Positions 36,965 to 49,364 of a stretch of 64,000 bases of DNA are shown piece after piece. Both the position numbers and the translations under genes were made by a program. How positions within the stretch are numbered: the stretch's first letter is position 1; each line of letters starts with the position of its first letter. Location: positions 8,246,001 through 8,310,000 of the forward strand of contig OZ249441.1 of NCBI GenBank assembly GCA_965235115.1, given 5' to 3'. This DNA is from Laetmonice hystrix. Its lineage: Eukaryota. The notes beneath the pieces were generated by a model. It saw only the letters and a program-made list of their open reading frames with translations. It did no database searches and was not told where the DNA came from.

Positions 36965-37768
36965 CTCCAGCATAGTGTTGTTGATCCATTTTGTACATTA
37001 GCCGTGCTCTGTGCGTGAAATGATAAGAGTTTTACACGTGGAGCGAAGCCAGGTTGATCCATGACCAGGCGCGACCTCGCGGCCATTCCCAGAACCAATG
37101 AACCATAGCTTTATCAATCACTACCCCTGACTGAGCACAGCTCTATCGATCTGGGTACTCTGGCCATCTCCATTTATCTATTTTATCTCTGCCCATCCCT
37201 TCATGCTCTTAGCATAGCTATCATAGCTATCTTAGCTATTACCATAGAGAACGCCGCTCTATCGACCCGTCTGCAGACCGGGATTTTACGAAGTAGCGCC
37301 CAATTTGTCGTAATTCTATGAATTGCAATGAGAAATCGCTTTTATTTGAGAAAAAAATCGAAAGAATAACACCGAGGCAGAGAGCCGTGAGGAAAGGCAG
37401 GTAAAGTGACTTTACATGTTTGACCGCGCTTTGAAGTGAGTGACAACAGCGGTGGATGTGAAGAAATGAAGGAAGGCGATTTTATGTCGGTTTTACAACT
37501 GTTTAATGTTTGAACGATACTGTAGTACAGTTTTTACAACGACTGCTCTGCCCCACATACCAAGCTTGTTCAACCCCGGCTTGCCCAGTCCATTATCCTG
37601 GCAGCATAGCGTTCCTTCTTCTATTTGTAGTCACAGATAAAGATCATAAAGTCGGGGCGGCGTCATGTCCTATTTTCCCAGACGAGTGAAATGTACCATC
37701 ACTTTATCGGGGATGAATACAAAAGCATTGTGCAGTCATTAGGAAGCATTCAGTGTGATGACAGAACA

Positions 37769-37786
37769 GTCCACCAGAGGGCGCTG
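37769..37786 (+). promoter_or_regulatory. Strong CTCF-type motif GTCCACCAGAGGGCGCTG
   Basis: Close match to the bilaterian CTCF core CCACCAGRKGGCGC; motif only. Confidence 0.45.
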
Positions 37787-38581
37787 GGTGGGCCGGGTCA
37801 TTGTCACGGTGGGCGCACTGATTGGTTGATTATCTCTGGGCGCAATGATTGGTTATTATCTCGGCGCACGCAGACACGGTGACCGCAGTGATTGGCTATT
37901 ATCGTTTGGCATACTGAGCTTATTAAAGACAGACATGACATGAACCAAGAGTTACCTTTAAGGTCTACTCATCAAATCACCACTGTTCATATAGACGTTA
38001 GTCATCGTCATCACCTCCAACTATCAACTCTCGTTTGTCTACATCATACAAACTCGCAGTGCACACTGAATCCTACTATAGCAGAGAGTGCGAGGTTTTT
38101 TGTCCTTATTTACCAAAGTCTTGTATGATCCAAGTTGTTGTTTTTGATTGAGCAGAGACATTGTTACAAGGATATACACCCTGGAGTATATTCGATAATA
38201 TGCACCGTATGAAGGGAATGTGAACTGGCTAAACGTTCTTGGTGTTGATGGGATTCCTGCACCTGTGACATCAGATCACGTTGGTGTTTACTGTGGGGAT
38301 TGATGGGTGAGCAGGGCGTGGCTGGGGGGGGGGGGGCGGGTCGGAGGGTCGGAGGGTCTAAAAGGTGAAAGAAAACCATACCAACCTAAACTATCTCAAA
38401 ATAGGGGACTGTATCCTTCGCCATCTCTTAATAAAGACAAGACAAAGTCTCTGCCCTAGTGTTCTCTCGGCTTTCCGTTAGCTGTGTCTTCCTCCTGGGG
38501 ACAGGGCCCCAACCCTGGAGCCCGCCCTGACCAGTGAGTGTGTGGAGGGTGGGTAGGGTAGTGGTGTATAGAGACAGACCC

Positions 38582-39874
38582 TCAGGACTGGCGGGGGTGT
38601 TGGTGGTGGTGGTTTGTCACAGGTGGTGGTGTCCCCGTGTGGTGGTGGTTACTAGTGGACACTAGGTCAGAGGTCACCTCGGTACTTCCGGCGCTTGACG
38701 TCAGCGGAACGTTTTCCGACATATTTATACGCCGACTGTTTATCCGGTACGAGTTGGAAGCTGTGAACCGCGTCAGTTTACTCTTGGCTCTATGGTGTTG
38801 AGCAGGACTCGTACACGAGAGAAGGGCCCACAGGTCCTGTTGAAACTGCTTCCGAAAAACGCAATAAATGACAAAGTTTACGGAAGAGTTGGTCGTTATG
38901 AGTAAGTTACAAGCATGATAATATTTCTGGTAGTGAGAACAGGTGGTTTTTTGAATGTTATCCACGATGTAGAAGAGGATCTGGTTGACAGAGGCAGGCA
39001 TTTGACACACTATAAATACAATGATTATCACAACCATGACCAGTGTAATGTTGTTCTCGTCCGAGTTTGTCCTGCTATTAGCAAGGACTTCTCTGCTCCT
39101 CTGAGCCGTCTTCAGTTCCCAGACTAGGTGCACATTGAGGACAATAAGCAATAATAGCGGGATGAGGAACAAGAACAGGCAATACGCCACGTTTTCATAT
39201 AATATATTATAGACATGCTGTGACTGCAGACCTACGTTGGCCTCCTGGGCCACCGTAGTGTTGTCAGCCAAGGTTATGTTATGGGTGACGTAGCGGTACT
39301 CGAAGAACCGCGGTAGGTTGTAGAGAACGATTCCGACACTCATTACAAGGATCTGAATCTTTACCTTGGACTTTGTACACAGACTTGGAGCCTGGAGTGG
39401 CCGACACACGGCTATGTAACGGTTTACAGCGATCAGCAGCATCATCCACACAGTACCCATCTGGGCCATGTGAGCAAACGGCCAGGCGTAGATCTGTAAG
39501 TAGGGAAAGATGGGCTTGATCTGGTCTATGAGACCAAAGTGAAATATCATCCCCGGATACATGATTAACACAGTGGATGTCACTAGAAATAGGTTGTCAC
39601 TGACAGCCAGGGCTTTCAGCAGAAGGCTAGCAACGTTACTCCGAGAAAACTTGTGCAGCACGGCGTAGGACAGCGAGTTACCTATGATACCCAGGAAACA
39701 TACGGCTCCGTACACAGGGCCGTAAATTACGAAGAAGAAGGTGGTACTGGCGCAGGGGACCACGTCCTCGGAACCCTCCCCAACCTCCGTCACGTTCGAG
39801 ATAGACGTGTTGGTGAGGTTGGTTCTGGCCAGCAAGGTGGCAAGGGTGGCCACTGCATCCTCGTCTGACGCCAT
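38582..39874 (-). CDS. Class A (rhodopsin-like) GPCR, FMRFamide-receptor/sex-peptide-receptor-like neuropeptide receptor, 430 aa, intronless CDS
   Basis: Seven hydrophobic segments with family motifs: TM1 GIIGN, TM2 LAVSD, TM3 end NRYIAVCRP, TM4/ECL2 YNLPRFFEY, TM6 FIVCQMP, TM7 NSSVNFVIY; N-terminal N-glycosylation sequons (NLT, NTS, NVT); strong Kozak context accATGG. Confidence 0.96.
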   Translation of the reverse strand: MASDEDAVATLATLLARTNLTNTSISNVTEVGEGSEDVVPCASTTFFFVIYGPVYGAVCFLGIIGNSLSYAVLHKFSRSNVASLLLKALAVSDNLFLVTSTVLIMYPGMIFHFGLIDQIKPIFPYLQIYAWPFAHMAQMGTVWMMLLIAVNRYIAVCRPLQAPSLCTKSKVKIQILVMSVGIVLYNLPRFFEYRYVTHNITLADNTTVAQEANVGLQSQHVYNILYENVAYCLFLFLIPLLLLIVLNVHLVWELKTAQRSREVLANSRTNSDENNITLVMVVIIIVFIVCQMPASVNQILFYIVDNIQKTTCSHYQKYYHACNLLITTNSSVNFVIYCVFRKQFQQDLWALLSCTSPAQHHRAKSKLTRFTASNSYRINSRRINMSENVPLTSSAGSTEVTSDLVSTSNHHHTGTPPPVTNHHHQHPRQS

Positions 39875-39907
39875 GGTTAATTAACAACTTGACACAAAAA
39901 CACTGAA

Positions 39908-39916
39908 CTACATCAT
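39908..39916 (-). other. Minimal upstream ORF (ATG ATG TAG) in the putative GPCR 5' UTR
   Basis: Plus-strand cta cat cat at 39908-39916; ends 33 nt upstream of the GPCR ATG. Confidence 0.55.
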
Positions 39917-39941
39917 CAAGACACGGATACGGAGGGTAAGA

Positions 39942-40025
39942 GTGGATCTGTCACTCCACTCGATATAAGGTGGATCAGTCACTCCACTCAATATAAGGTG
40001 GATCAGTCACTCCACTCGTTATAAG
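39942..40025. repeat. 28-bp unit x3 within the putative GPCR 5' UTR
   Basis: gtggatc(t/a)gtcactccactc...ataag occurs three times. Confidence 0.9.
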
Positions 40026-40082
40026 TACACTCTGCAGAAGTATCAGCCAGCTTCAGAATCCTTACAAATCGGACAAAATGAT

Positions 40083-40105
40083 CTGTAGAAGTTGGAATAT
40101 ATCTG
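40083..40105 (-). other. Putative splice acceptor of the GPCR coding exon
   Basis: Minus strand ...atattccaacttctacag|atc; would give ~208 nt of 5' UTR in the coding exon. Confidence 0.45.
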
Positions 40106-40659
40106 TGTATATTTTACGTATATTTATATACATGTACAAGTGCAATAAATAAACACCTCAGCTCTTCAGTGCAAACTTGTCTCAGAAGTTCCACTGCAGT
40201 GGAGCTACAGAAATATTAAATATTGCAGAAAATTGGATTTCATCTGTAAAGTACTCCAGAGAAAGTATCCGGTTTGAGCAGTACGTGGTACCCGACACCG
40301 CTGTTCCCAAAGTGATCGGGTTATTTATGGAGTCGTGGACAACTAGAGTTGACTTAACTCCTTGGTAATGAAAGTGATGGAAGTTCTCGGTCTACGGCTT
40401 GCTGACAGGTCGTCCGAGATGGCTATTGTTGGCCGTGCTTACTCAGGACTCAGCCTCGAGTCTTCAGAGGCAAACAGGAGGTGTTCTCTGGTCGAGTTGG
40501 TTTTGTCTGCGTCACATCGCAGGACTCCGTGGTGGGAGGGTCAACACAACACAGGAACGTCTGTCCAAGAGGCGGACGCGATGGTGTGGTCCGGTACTCA
40601 GGTCGTCATGGGGTGGGTGGGGGTGATGGGGTGTCCAACAAGTACCAGTGTCCACTCAG

Positions 40660-40925
40660 GTACGTACGGCCCGGGGGTGGGGGAGGTACGGTACGGGGGA
40701 CGGGGAGGAGGGTAGGTAGGGCCTTCACACTACTAGGGTACAGAAGACCCCGGGGAGGGGAAGGGATGGTACGGTACGGCCAGGGGGAAGGGACGGTCCG
40801 GGGGACGGTACGGTATGGCCCGGGGGGAGCGACGGTACGGTACGTCCCCGAGGGGAGGGAGTTTCGGTACGGCCCCGGGGGAGGGATGGTACAGTACGGC
40901 CCGGGGGGAGGGACAGTACGATAGG
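40660..40925. repeat. Degenerate G-rich repeat built on gtacggtacggcccggggg
   Basis: Motif recurs ~8 times with variable spacing. Confidence 0.75.
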
Positions 40926-43260
40926 GAGGAGGAATCACCAGCTGGTCAGAGAGCAACTGTCGGTAACCAGCGGTAACTGTTTGTGAGATGATGACTCGAT
41001 CCAACTGTCCACTCCAGAGAGTGAGTGAGTTCTCCCACCCACACACACCGTTAACGGCCAACCTTCAACACCACGCAGTGTTGGCACAACTTTCACCATC
41101 CAATGTCTATAGTTTCTCAGTGCCTGCTCAATATCCACGCGCCAAACCTGTTCCGGCCGCTACCTTTCCACCCATAAATGTCACGGGTTTGAGGGTTTCC
41201 AGAGTCACTACAGAGAGCGTTGATACCAGAACACATTCAGGGGAGGAAGTGTTTAATAATGAAGACGGTGGGCGTGTATTCGTGTCGTCGATGTGATCCC
41301 AGGGTGTCACACGTGGTGAGAAAACACAGCCAGCTGTGTCAACCTCCCACACATCTTTTATTGAGACAACTGTTGACCGATGGCGTGCATGTCCATAACT
41401 CAACTGGCCGACACATCCGGGCACCTTGGATGGACATGATTAGACCTCCCGTAGTAATCCATTACCTACACCCGGATCATGGTGTGCTTCATTACCTCAC
41501 AGGTAATTCTCACAGTAATTATAATTACCTGGTGGCTGCTGTCAATTCGTCTCCTACAAAACACAGCTGACGATCCCCACGGCAGAATTCTTCATACCTA
41601 GTTATGTTTATTGAGAGCGACCCCACGGAGAAATCTACTAAACTCTCACCGTATGAACACACGGAGAGGGAGGGGCAAAGTCTAACCCTGTGTGGTCAGA
41701 TGTCAGCGTGGAGACGGTCCCTAGTGACGTCCTGAACACTCCGTCCAGGCTCCTATAGTTTCACTTTCACTTTACCAACGTTTTTCCGCTTCCATGGCTA
41801 GGATACTTTGACTGCCGTAATGATTTTACACGTTAGTTCATTCTCCGCCAATCTCCTGTAACTTTGAAGTGATTGTGGGTGTTGATTCTCTGACTGATCT
41901 GACGGTGGCGTACCCCTCACTCAGAACTGTGTACAAACTGACTTCTCCAATGTTGCGCAAAGAAAGTCCCGAGTTTCGTCTATAACGTTTTCCCCAGCAT
42001 CGGTTTACAAGTGTTGATCGAGGAGTTGAGTGTTTGTTGCAGTGAGAATCCAAGATAAAGATCGCCAGGAGTTGAAGATAACGGCACACAGGTTGTTGGC
42101 AAGTAAGCGGCAAGTGTTGTTGTTCCGAGCCATGGTTGGTGGCTATCCTGCCGGCGGGCGGGTGGTCAAACTGACGGGAGGATAGCGCGGTCGGTCCCGG
42201 GGCAGGAGGCGCAGCACGGCGGGGCGATGTGTGAATTGTCCGGCGGACAGGAGCGAACTGAAAGCCCGCTGATGTGACGGACAGACAGACGGCCTTGTCG
42301 TCACTCGCTGGCCGCAGTGGTTCCCTCACGTAACAAGTCGGTAGTGATCAATAGGTACGTAGGGAGCGGCTGCCGTGACGGGGAGTGTCGGACTGTGCGG
42401 GGCACGCTGGGGCCGGGTGTGTGTGTGTGTGTGGAGGAAGCCAGCTGGGATCGAGACGCGTGCTCACCGAGTACCGACCTACGATCTCAGCCCGGCGGGC
42501 CGGTACTCACTGCCTCACTCCCTACCTCCGCACTCTGACAGTGGTCCCACAGTGACAGTGGTCCCACAGTCAACCACCTAGAGCACAGCACTGAAAGGGT
42601 TATACCTCTCGCCAGTCCTGTCTCACCTTTAGTTTGATCAACCCAGTCGCTATCCCCTCATCCTCGTCATTGAGGGAATCTCCCGGTGATATCTGAGATG
42701 TTAATTCGACTCTGTTGTATCGCGATACGGAGGTACGTTCTCCAGTCAAAGAAAGGCTTTCCTCCAAGCCACATTTATACAGTTGACTGAATTTGCTGGA
42801 GCAGTCGCTTTTATTGGCGTCTTGTCGTATCTTGACATGGAATTAGTTGGCCGGTTGACCTGTCATGTTCGGCGCTTGCAACTTGCGTGAAATCCACGGA
42901 GAAGTGAAGTTTGATGTGTAGGGAACTCCTTGAAAAAAATTGAATTAAAAACTAACTGGATTTCGATTGAATAGGCTGCCAGCACTTCTGAGCCTTGCCG
43001 TCACTTCGGCCACAATGTGGTCTACCAGGACTGAGAGGAGCGGGGTTTCAACCCCCCTGTGGATACAGAGACTCACAGTGTCAGTTCACACTACATTTTT
43101 CACACCGTCGCCCCAGTCAGCCATGCTAAGAGCACCTTTATTTCCTTGGGCGATGTTCAAGCAGATATATTTGTTACCAGCGGGTGAAAGTCAGTTCCTT
43201 TCCTGTCCTGTAGAATTTGATCTGGGTAACAGATATTGCCTTTTTCCTGTAGGTTGAATT

Positions 43261-43912
43261 TACAGAAACCAGTTATTGCCTTTGTCGGGTAGGTCTACAG
43301 AAACCAGTTTTTGCCGTTGTCCGGTAGGTCTACAGAAACCAGTTATTGCCTTTGTCGGGTAGGTCTACAGAAACCAGCTATTGCCTTTGTCCGGTAGGTC
43401 TACAGAAACCAGTTATTGCCTTTGTCGGGTAGGTCTACAGAAACCAGTTTTTGCCGTTGTCCGGTAGGTCTACAGAAACCAGTTATTGCCGTTGTCCGGT
43501 AGGTCTACAGAAACCAGCTATTGCCTTTGTCCGGTAGGTCTACAGAAACCAGTTATTGCCTTTGTCCGGTAGGTCTACAGAAACCAGTTATTGCCTTTGT
43601 CCGGTAGGTCTACAGAAACCAGCTATTGCCGTTGTCCGGTAGGTCTACAGAAACCAGTTATTGCCTTTGTCCGGTAGGTCTACTGAAATCAGTTATTGCC
43701 TTTGTCCGGTAGGTCTACTGAAACCAGTTATTGCCTTTGTCCGGTAGATCTACAGAAACCAGTTATTGCCTTTGTCCGGTAGGTCTACAGAAACCAGCTA
43801 TTGCCGTTGTCCGGTAGATCTACAGAAACCAGTTATTGCCTTTGTCCGGTAGATCTACAGAAACCAGTTATTGCCTTTGTCCGGTAGGTCTACAGAAACC
43901 ATTTATTGCCTT
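43261..43912. repeat. Tandem array, 35-bp unit (ggtaggtctacagaaaccagttattgcctttgtcc), ~18 copies
   Basis: tacagaaacc at 43261, 43296... Confidence 0.97.
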
Positions 43913-43995
43913 GTCTACTGGAGCCAGCTATTGTCTGGCACGTCTGCAGAAGCCAGCCCGCGGGCATTCCGCACGTCATGGTCTTTCCGAGTGAC

Positions 43996-44180
43996 ATGGC
44001 GAGAGAGTCACATGGAACTTAGCCAATCAGCTATGGCGAGAGATGAGCATGGAACCGAGCCAATCAGCTATGGCGAAAGATGAGCATGGAGCCGAGCCAA
44101 TCAGCTATCGCGAGAGATGAGCTGAGCCAATCAAATGTGGCGTGAGAGTCACCTGGACCCGAGCCAACCAGCTGTAGCGA
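43996..44180. repeat. Degenerate 30-37-bp tandem repeat carrying four AGCCAATCA (CCAAT) boxes plus one variant
   Basis: agccaatca at 44021, 44058, 44095 and 44125; agccaacca at 44162. Confidence 0.85.
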
Positions 44181-45088
44181 GAGAACCAGCCCGTTCCCCG
44201 ATTGCTGACGGTCACGTTGCCACATCCACCCTCCCACATCCCCGAAGCTGTTCTCTTAATGTTCATTCTACTTCATATCTGTTTAGTTGGTGTCATATAG
44301 CCAGAGAACCGAGATGTCCGGATTTATTTAACACGGCTCGGTTTTCCAGGCAGCGATGTCTGTGGTCCACAATGGCTCCAAGGAGAAAGTGGCAGTCCCA
44401 CCGACTCTCACACCTGGTCGAGTTAGCTACAGGTAATCGCGTTCATTCAACCTTCAACAACCACCTGCCGCTAGTTGTGTTGGAAGGTGACCAACGCCCC
44501 CCCCCCCCGCGTGGCTCCCTCACTGGGGTGGCCCTGTCGAACAGTACAGACTGAGCGGCTGTGAAGAACCCCCATCCCGTTAGCCCTTGACTGGACCCCA
44601 GTGTTTGAAATCCCTCAAGTACCGCGCCTTGCTCTGAGTGTGTGTTAAACTGATGGCATGCCGTGGCCGAGCTGATGGTTGTTAACCACGATTCGAGTTG
44701 ACCGCCGGGTCGACGACAGGTTCATGTCGTCGTCATAAAACATGACCCTTTCAACCCGCAGCATTCCGTATGGGAGATCGACCTGAAGGTGTTGTGTTTA
44801 AAGGCAACTGTCCCGATCTTCATCCCTTTTTCCATCCGATAATTTAAAAAAAAATTACAAAACATTGTGTTTATAAAAGATCTTTCCAGCATATTACGCC
44901 ACAATTATGCATATTTTCGCGTAAAATTCTTCGAAGGAAGAATATGCAGTAAACCACCCCAGGACGGCAGTAATCGGGTTTTCCTACCAGGAAGTACTTC
45001 CGCGAGGATATTACGGTCACCAAATTACCGCCGCCGTCCGCCGCAGTTGACCGTGTGAATTATGAATCCTTGAAGGAATCTGGCGAGG

Positions 45089-45644
45089 GTGAAAACCGCG
45101 ACTGGTGACAAACACAGGGCCGGGCAAGGTTGTTCATAGCATAGAACAGAGTGAAAACCGCGACTAGTGACAAACGCAGGGCCGGGGAAAGTTGTTCATA
45201 GCATAGAACAGAGTGAAAACCGCGACTAGTGACAAACGCAGGTCCGGTGAAAGTTGTTCATAGCATAGAACAGAGTGAAAACCGCGACTAGTGACAAACG
45301 CAGGGCCGGGGAAAGTTGTTCATAGCATAGAACAGAGTGAAAACCGCGACTAGTGACAAACGCAGGGCCGGGGAAAGTTGTTCATAGCATAGAACAGAGT
45401 GAAAACCGCGACTAGTGACAAACGCAGGGCCGGGGAAAGTTGTTCATAGCATAGAACAGAGTGAAAACCGCGACTAGTGACAAACGCAGGGCCGGTGAAA
45501 GTTGTTCATAGCATAGAACAGAGTGAAAACCGCGACTAGTGACAAACGCAGGGCCGGGGAAAGTTGTTCATAGCATAGAACAGAGTGAAAACCGCGACTA
45601 GTGACAAACGCAGGGCCGGGGAAAGTTGTTCATAGCATATAACA
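45089..45644. repeat. Tandem array, 62-bp unit, 9 copies
   Basis: gtgaaaaccgcgact at 45089, 45151, 45213... Confidence 0.97.
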
Positions 45645-46562
45645 AGTCAGGGTGCCTTTTTAAGATGCCCGGCAGACGCGGAATGACTGTTCTAGGATAT
45701 CCGACTCAAACTCCGAATGACTGTTTAAAGATGTCGGACCCAAACAGGGCTGTATTATCTTTAAGAATAAGTGAGTAAGTGGTTTTACGCTTCCTCAGTA
45801 ACTTTAGGACCATTACACGCTCCCTCAGTAACTTTAGGACCATTACTGATCGTACCTTTTTTATTGGAGACTGTTTTGCACTGTGACAGACAGATGATGT
45901 CCGTTATTTCAGGTTCTCACTGGCCCCGTTTTCTGGTCGCTACTGACCATGAAACGGTCTCCGTTTATATACAAATCATAAAGATTCTCCCTGGTAAATC
46001 TTGTCCTGACCTGCAATTACTCTCCATAAACCCAACTTTTACACAGTCATAAATTGCCTACTTTGCCGTGATTTAACCTTTTGGCGGAGAAAAGGAATCT
46101 TTTCGGTGTACATGTATGCAAGGATCCTTGATGTATGTTTTTTAAATTAAAAAGGAGGCACTGAAGTTAGAAACATAGCTTCAATCGGCTTTCCTTGGAC
46201 ATCGCAGCGAGTGCCATTATCCTGCTACATTACGGGTAGAGACGTCATGAAGCGGAGAGGACGTATGACCTTAAATCGTCTCCTTGCCTTGATCTCGGCG
46301 ACATGAAACAGGGCGAAGACGCTTTGTGAAGACCCACACAAAGTCTACATCAGCCGGCCGTTCATCGTCTTCATATCAAACGTTTTGTCGTCTAGACGAT
46401 CTGAATCAGGCGTCTTCCTGCCAGGCCAGTGTTGGATGAGATCACCTCGGTGACTTACGTCTTACAAAGGGAGTGTTATTAGGACATCAGCGTTCATAAT
46501 TCAGTACCGTCTATCAGCGAAACGCCTCCCCGACTTACAACATTCTTTGATGTCATATTTAC

Positions 46563-47262
46563 AGTGCCACAGGTTCTGGAGGTATCGCTGGGGGAGTGCC
46601 ACAGGTTCTGGAGGTCTCGATGGGGGAGTGCCACAGGTCCGGGAGGTCTCGCTGGGGGAGTGCCACAGGTTCTGGAGGTCTCGCTGGGGGAGTGCCACAG
46701 GAGTTCTAGAGGTCTCGCTGGGGGAGTGCCACAGGAGTTCTGGAGGTCTCGCTGGGGGAGTGCCACGGGTTCTGGAGGTCTCGCTGGGGGAGTGCCACAG
46801 GAGTTCTGGAGGTCTCGCTGGGGGAGTGCGGCAGGTCCGGGAGGTCTCGCTGGGGGAGTGCCACAGGAGTTCTGGAGGTCTCGCTGGGGGAGTGCCACAG
46901 GTCCGGGAGGTCTCGCTTGGGGAGTGCCACAGGAGTTCTGGAGGTCTCGCTGGGGGAGTGCCACAGGTCCGGGAGGTCTCGCTGGGGGAGTGCCACAGGA
47001 GTTCTGGAGGTCTCGCTGGGGGAGTGCCACAGGTTCTGGAGGTCTCGATGGGGGAGGGCCACAGGTTCTGGAGGTCTCGCTGGGGGAGTGCCACAGGTCC
47101 GGGAGGTCTCGCTGGGGGGAGTGCCACAGGTCCGGGAGGTCTCGCTGGGGGAGTGCCACAGGAGTTCTGGAGGTCTCGCTGGGGGAGTGCCACAGGAGTA
47201 CTGGAGGTCTCGCTGAGGGGAGTGCCACAGGTCCGGGAGGTCTCACAGGGGAGTGCCACAGG
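46563..47262. repeat. Tandem array, 32/34-bp unit (gggggagtgccacagg[ag]ttctggaggtctcgct), ~21 copies
   Basis: Explains ORFs 46494..47448 on both strands. Confidence 0.96.
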
Positions 47263-47803
47263 TACCCGAGGTTTGCGTTCGATATGACGGACCCCAGCCG
47301 TTGGTGTTGTGCTGGAGTATTTCAGCCTTGGCCGATCAGAACTGACCAATATTATCTATTGGTCGCAAAGGACACCGGGTTCTTCCAATGCCGAACCACA
47401 AACCAACCACGAGCCCTTTATGTTGAAACGGTCAGCATTTCCCTGTAGAAATCAGCGTGAAGATGATAGGATAATTTGAGGCAGTCCAGGGGACTTGCAG
47501 AGCGCCACGTGTGCCGCAGTTCTGGACAGGTCATTCTTCAGTGCCGTTAATGTGAAAGATGGCCCGCCGGGCCCGTTATAATTGATACAGTCAGTTGGCA
47601 ATGGTCGGCTCAGGCGGAAACGTCATTCCTACCTCACTCCACTATCATTTCACGTCGATCTGACCGAAATGGTGGGTGCCCATTAATATCGACGGAGTGG
47701 TCAAGATGTAGTGAGCTATACTGGGAATTAGCCGGCGGAGATTGCCTCGATCATGGGAGACTACAGGTAGAACAATGCTGGGCCATTACAGTACTTGATA
47801 ACT

Positions 47804-49272
47804 GCTGGATACTGTACAGGGTGGTACGGGGGAGGACCAGCTGTCGGATACTGTACAGGGTGGTACGGGGAAGGACCAGCTGCCGGATACTGTACAGGGT
47901 GGTACGGGGGGGACCAGCTGTCGGATACTGTACAGGGTGGTACGGGGGGACCAGCTGTCGGATACTGTACAGGGTGGTACGGGGGAGGACCAGCTGTCGG
48001 ATACTGTACAGGGTGGTACGGGGGAGGACCAGCTGTCGGATACTGTACAGGGTGGTACGGGGGAGGACCAGCTGTCGGATACTGTACAGGGTGGTAGAGG
48101 GGAGGACCAGCTGTCGGATACTGTACAGGGTGGTACGGGGGAGGACCAGCTGTCGGATACTGTACAGGGTGGTACGGGGGAGGACCAGCTGTCGGATACT
48201 GTACAGGGTGGTACGGGGAAGGAACAGCTGTCGGATACTGTACAATGTGGTACGGGGGAGGAACAGCTGTCGGATACTGTACAGGGTGGTACGGGGGAGG
48301 ACCAGCTGTCGGATACTGTACAGGGTGGTACGGGGAGGACCAGCTGCCGGATACTGTACAGGGTGGTACGGGTGAGGACCAGCTGTCGGATACTGTACAG
48401 GGTGGTACGGGGAGGACCAGCTGTCGGATACTGTACAGGGTGGTACGGGTGAGGACCAGCTGTCGGATACTGTACAGGGTGGTACGGGGAGGACCAGCTG
48501 TCGGATACTGTACAGGGTGGTACGGGGGAGGACCAGCTGTCGGATACTGTACAGGGTGGTACGGGGGAGGACCAGCTGTCGGATACTGTACAGGGTGGTA
48601 CGGGGGAGGACCAGCTGTCGGATACTGTACAATGTGGTACGGGGGAGGACCAGCTGTCGGATACTGTACAGGGTGGTACGGGGGAGGACCAGCTGTCGGA
48701 TACTGTACAGGGTGGTACGGGGAGGACCAGCTGTCGGATACTGTACAGGGTGGTACGGGGGAGGACCAGCTGCCGGATACTGTACAGGGTGGTACGGGTG
48801 AGGACCAGCTGTCGGATACTGTACAGGGTGGTACGGGGGAGGACCAGCTGTCGGATACTGTACAGGGTGGTAGAGGGGAGGACCAGCTGTCGGATACTGT
48901 ACAGGGTGGTACGGGTGAGGACCAGCTGCCGGATACTGTACAGGGTGGTACGGGGGAGGACCAGCTGTCGGATACTGTACAGGGTGGTACGGGGGAGGAC
49001 CAGCTGTCGGATACTGTACAGGGTGGTACGGGGGAGGACCAGCTGTCGGATACTGTACAGGGTGGTACGGGGGAGGAACAGCTGTCGGATACTGTACAGG
49101 GTGGTACGGGGGAGGAACAGCTGTCGGATACTGTACAGGGTGGTACGGGGGAGGACCAGCTGTCGGATACTGTACAGGGTGGTACGGGGGAGGAACAGCT
49201 GTCGGATACTGTACAGGGTGGTACGGGGGAGGACCAGCTGTCGGATACTGTACAGGGTGGTACGGGGGAGGA
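47804..49272. repeat. Tandem array, 39-bp unit (38-bp variants), ~38 copies
   Basis: gaggaccagctgtcggatactgtacagggtggtacgggg; explains ORFs 47751..49322. Confidence 0.98.
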
Positions 49273-49364
49273 ACCCTATCAGAGATCAAACTGAACTGTT
49301 TCTACTGACAGTTTCTGTTTGAGATTGGGAGTGATACGATAAGCTTTCCAATCCGTCTTCAGAT

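Noticed and set aside
38915-39887. Short ORFs overlapping the GPCR (38915..39127, 39653..39868, 39678..39887)
   Set aside because: Antisense or alternative-frame shadows of the real CDS.
44795-45665. Possible TTAA-flanked (Kolobok-like) element around the 62-bp array
   Set aside because: The ends share only ~aaaggca; no convincing TIR.
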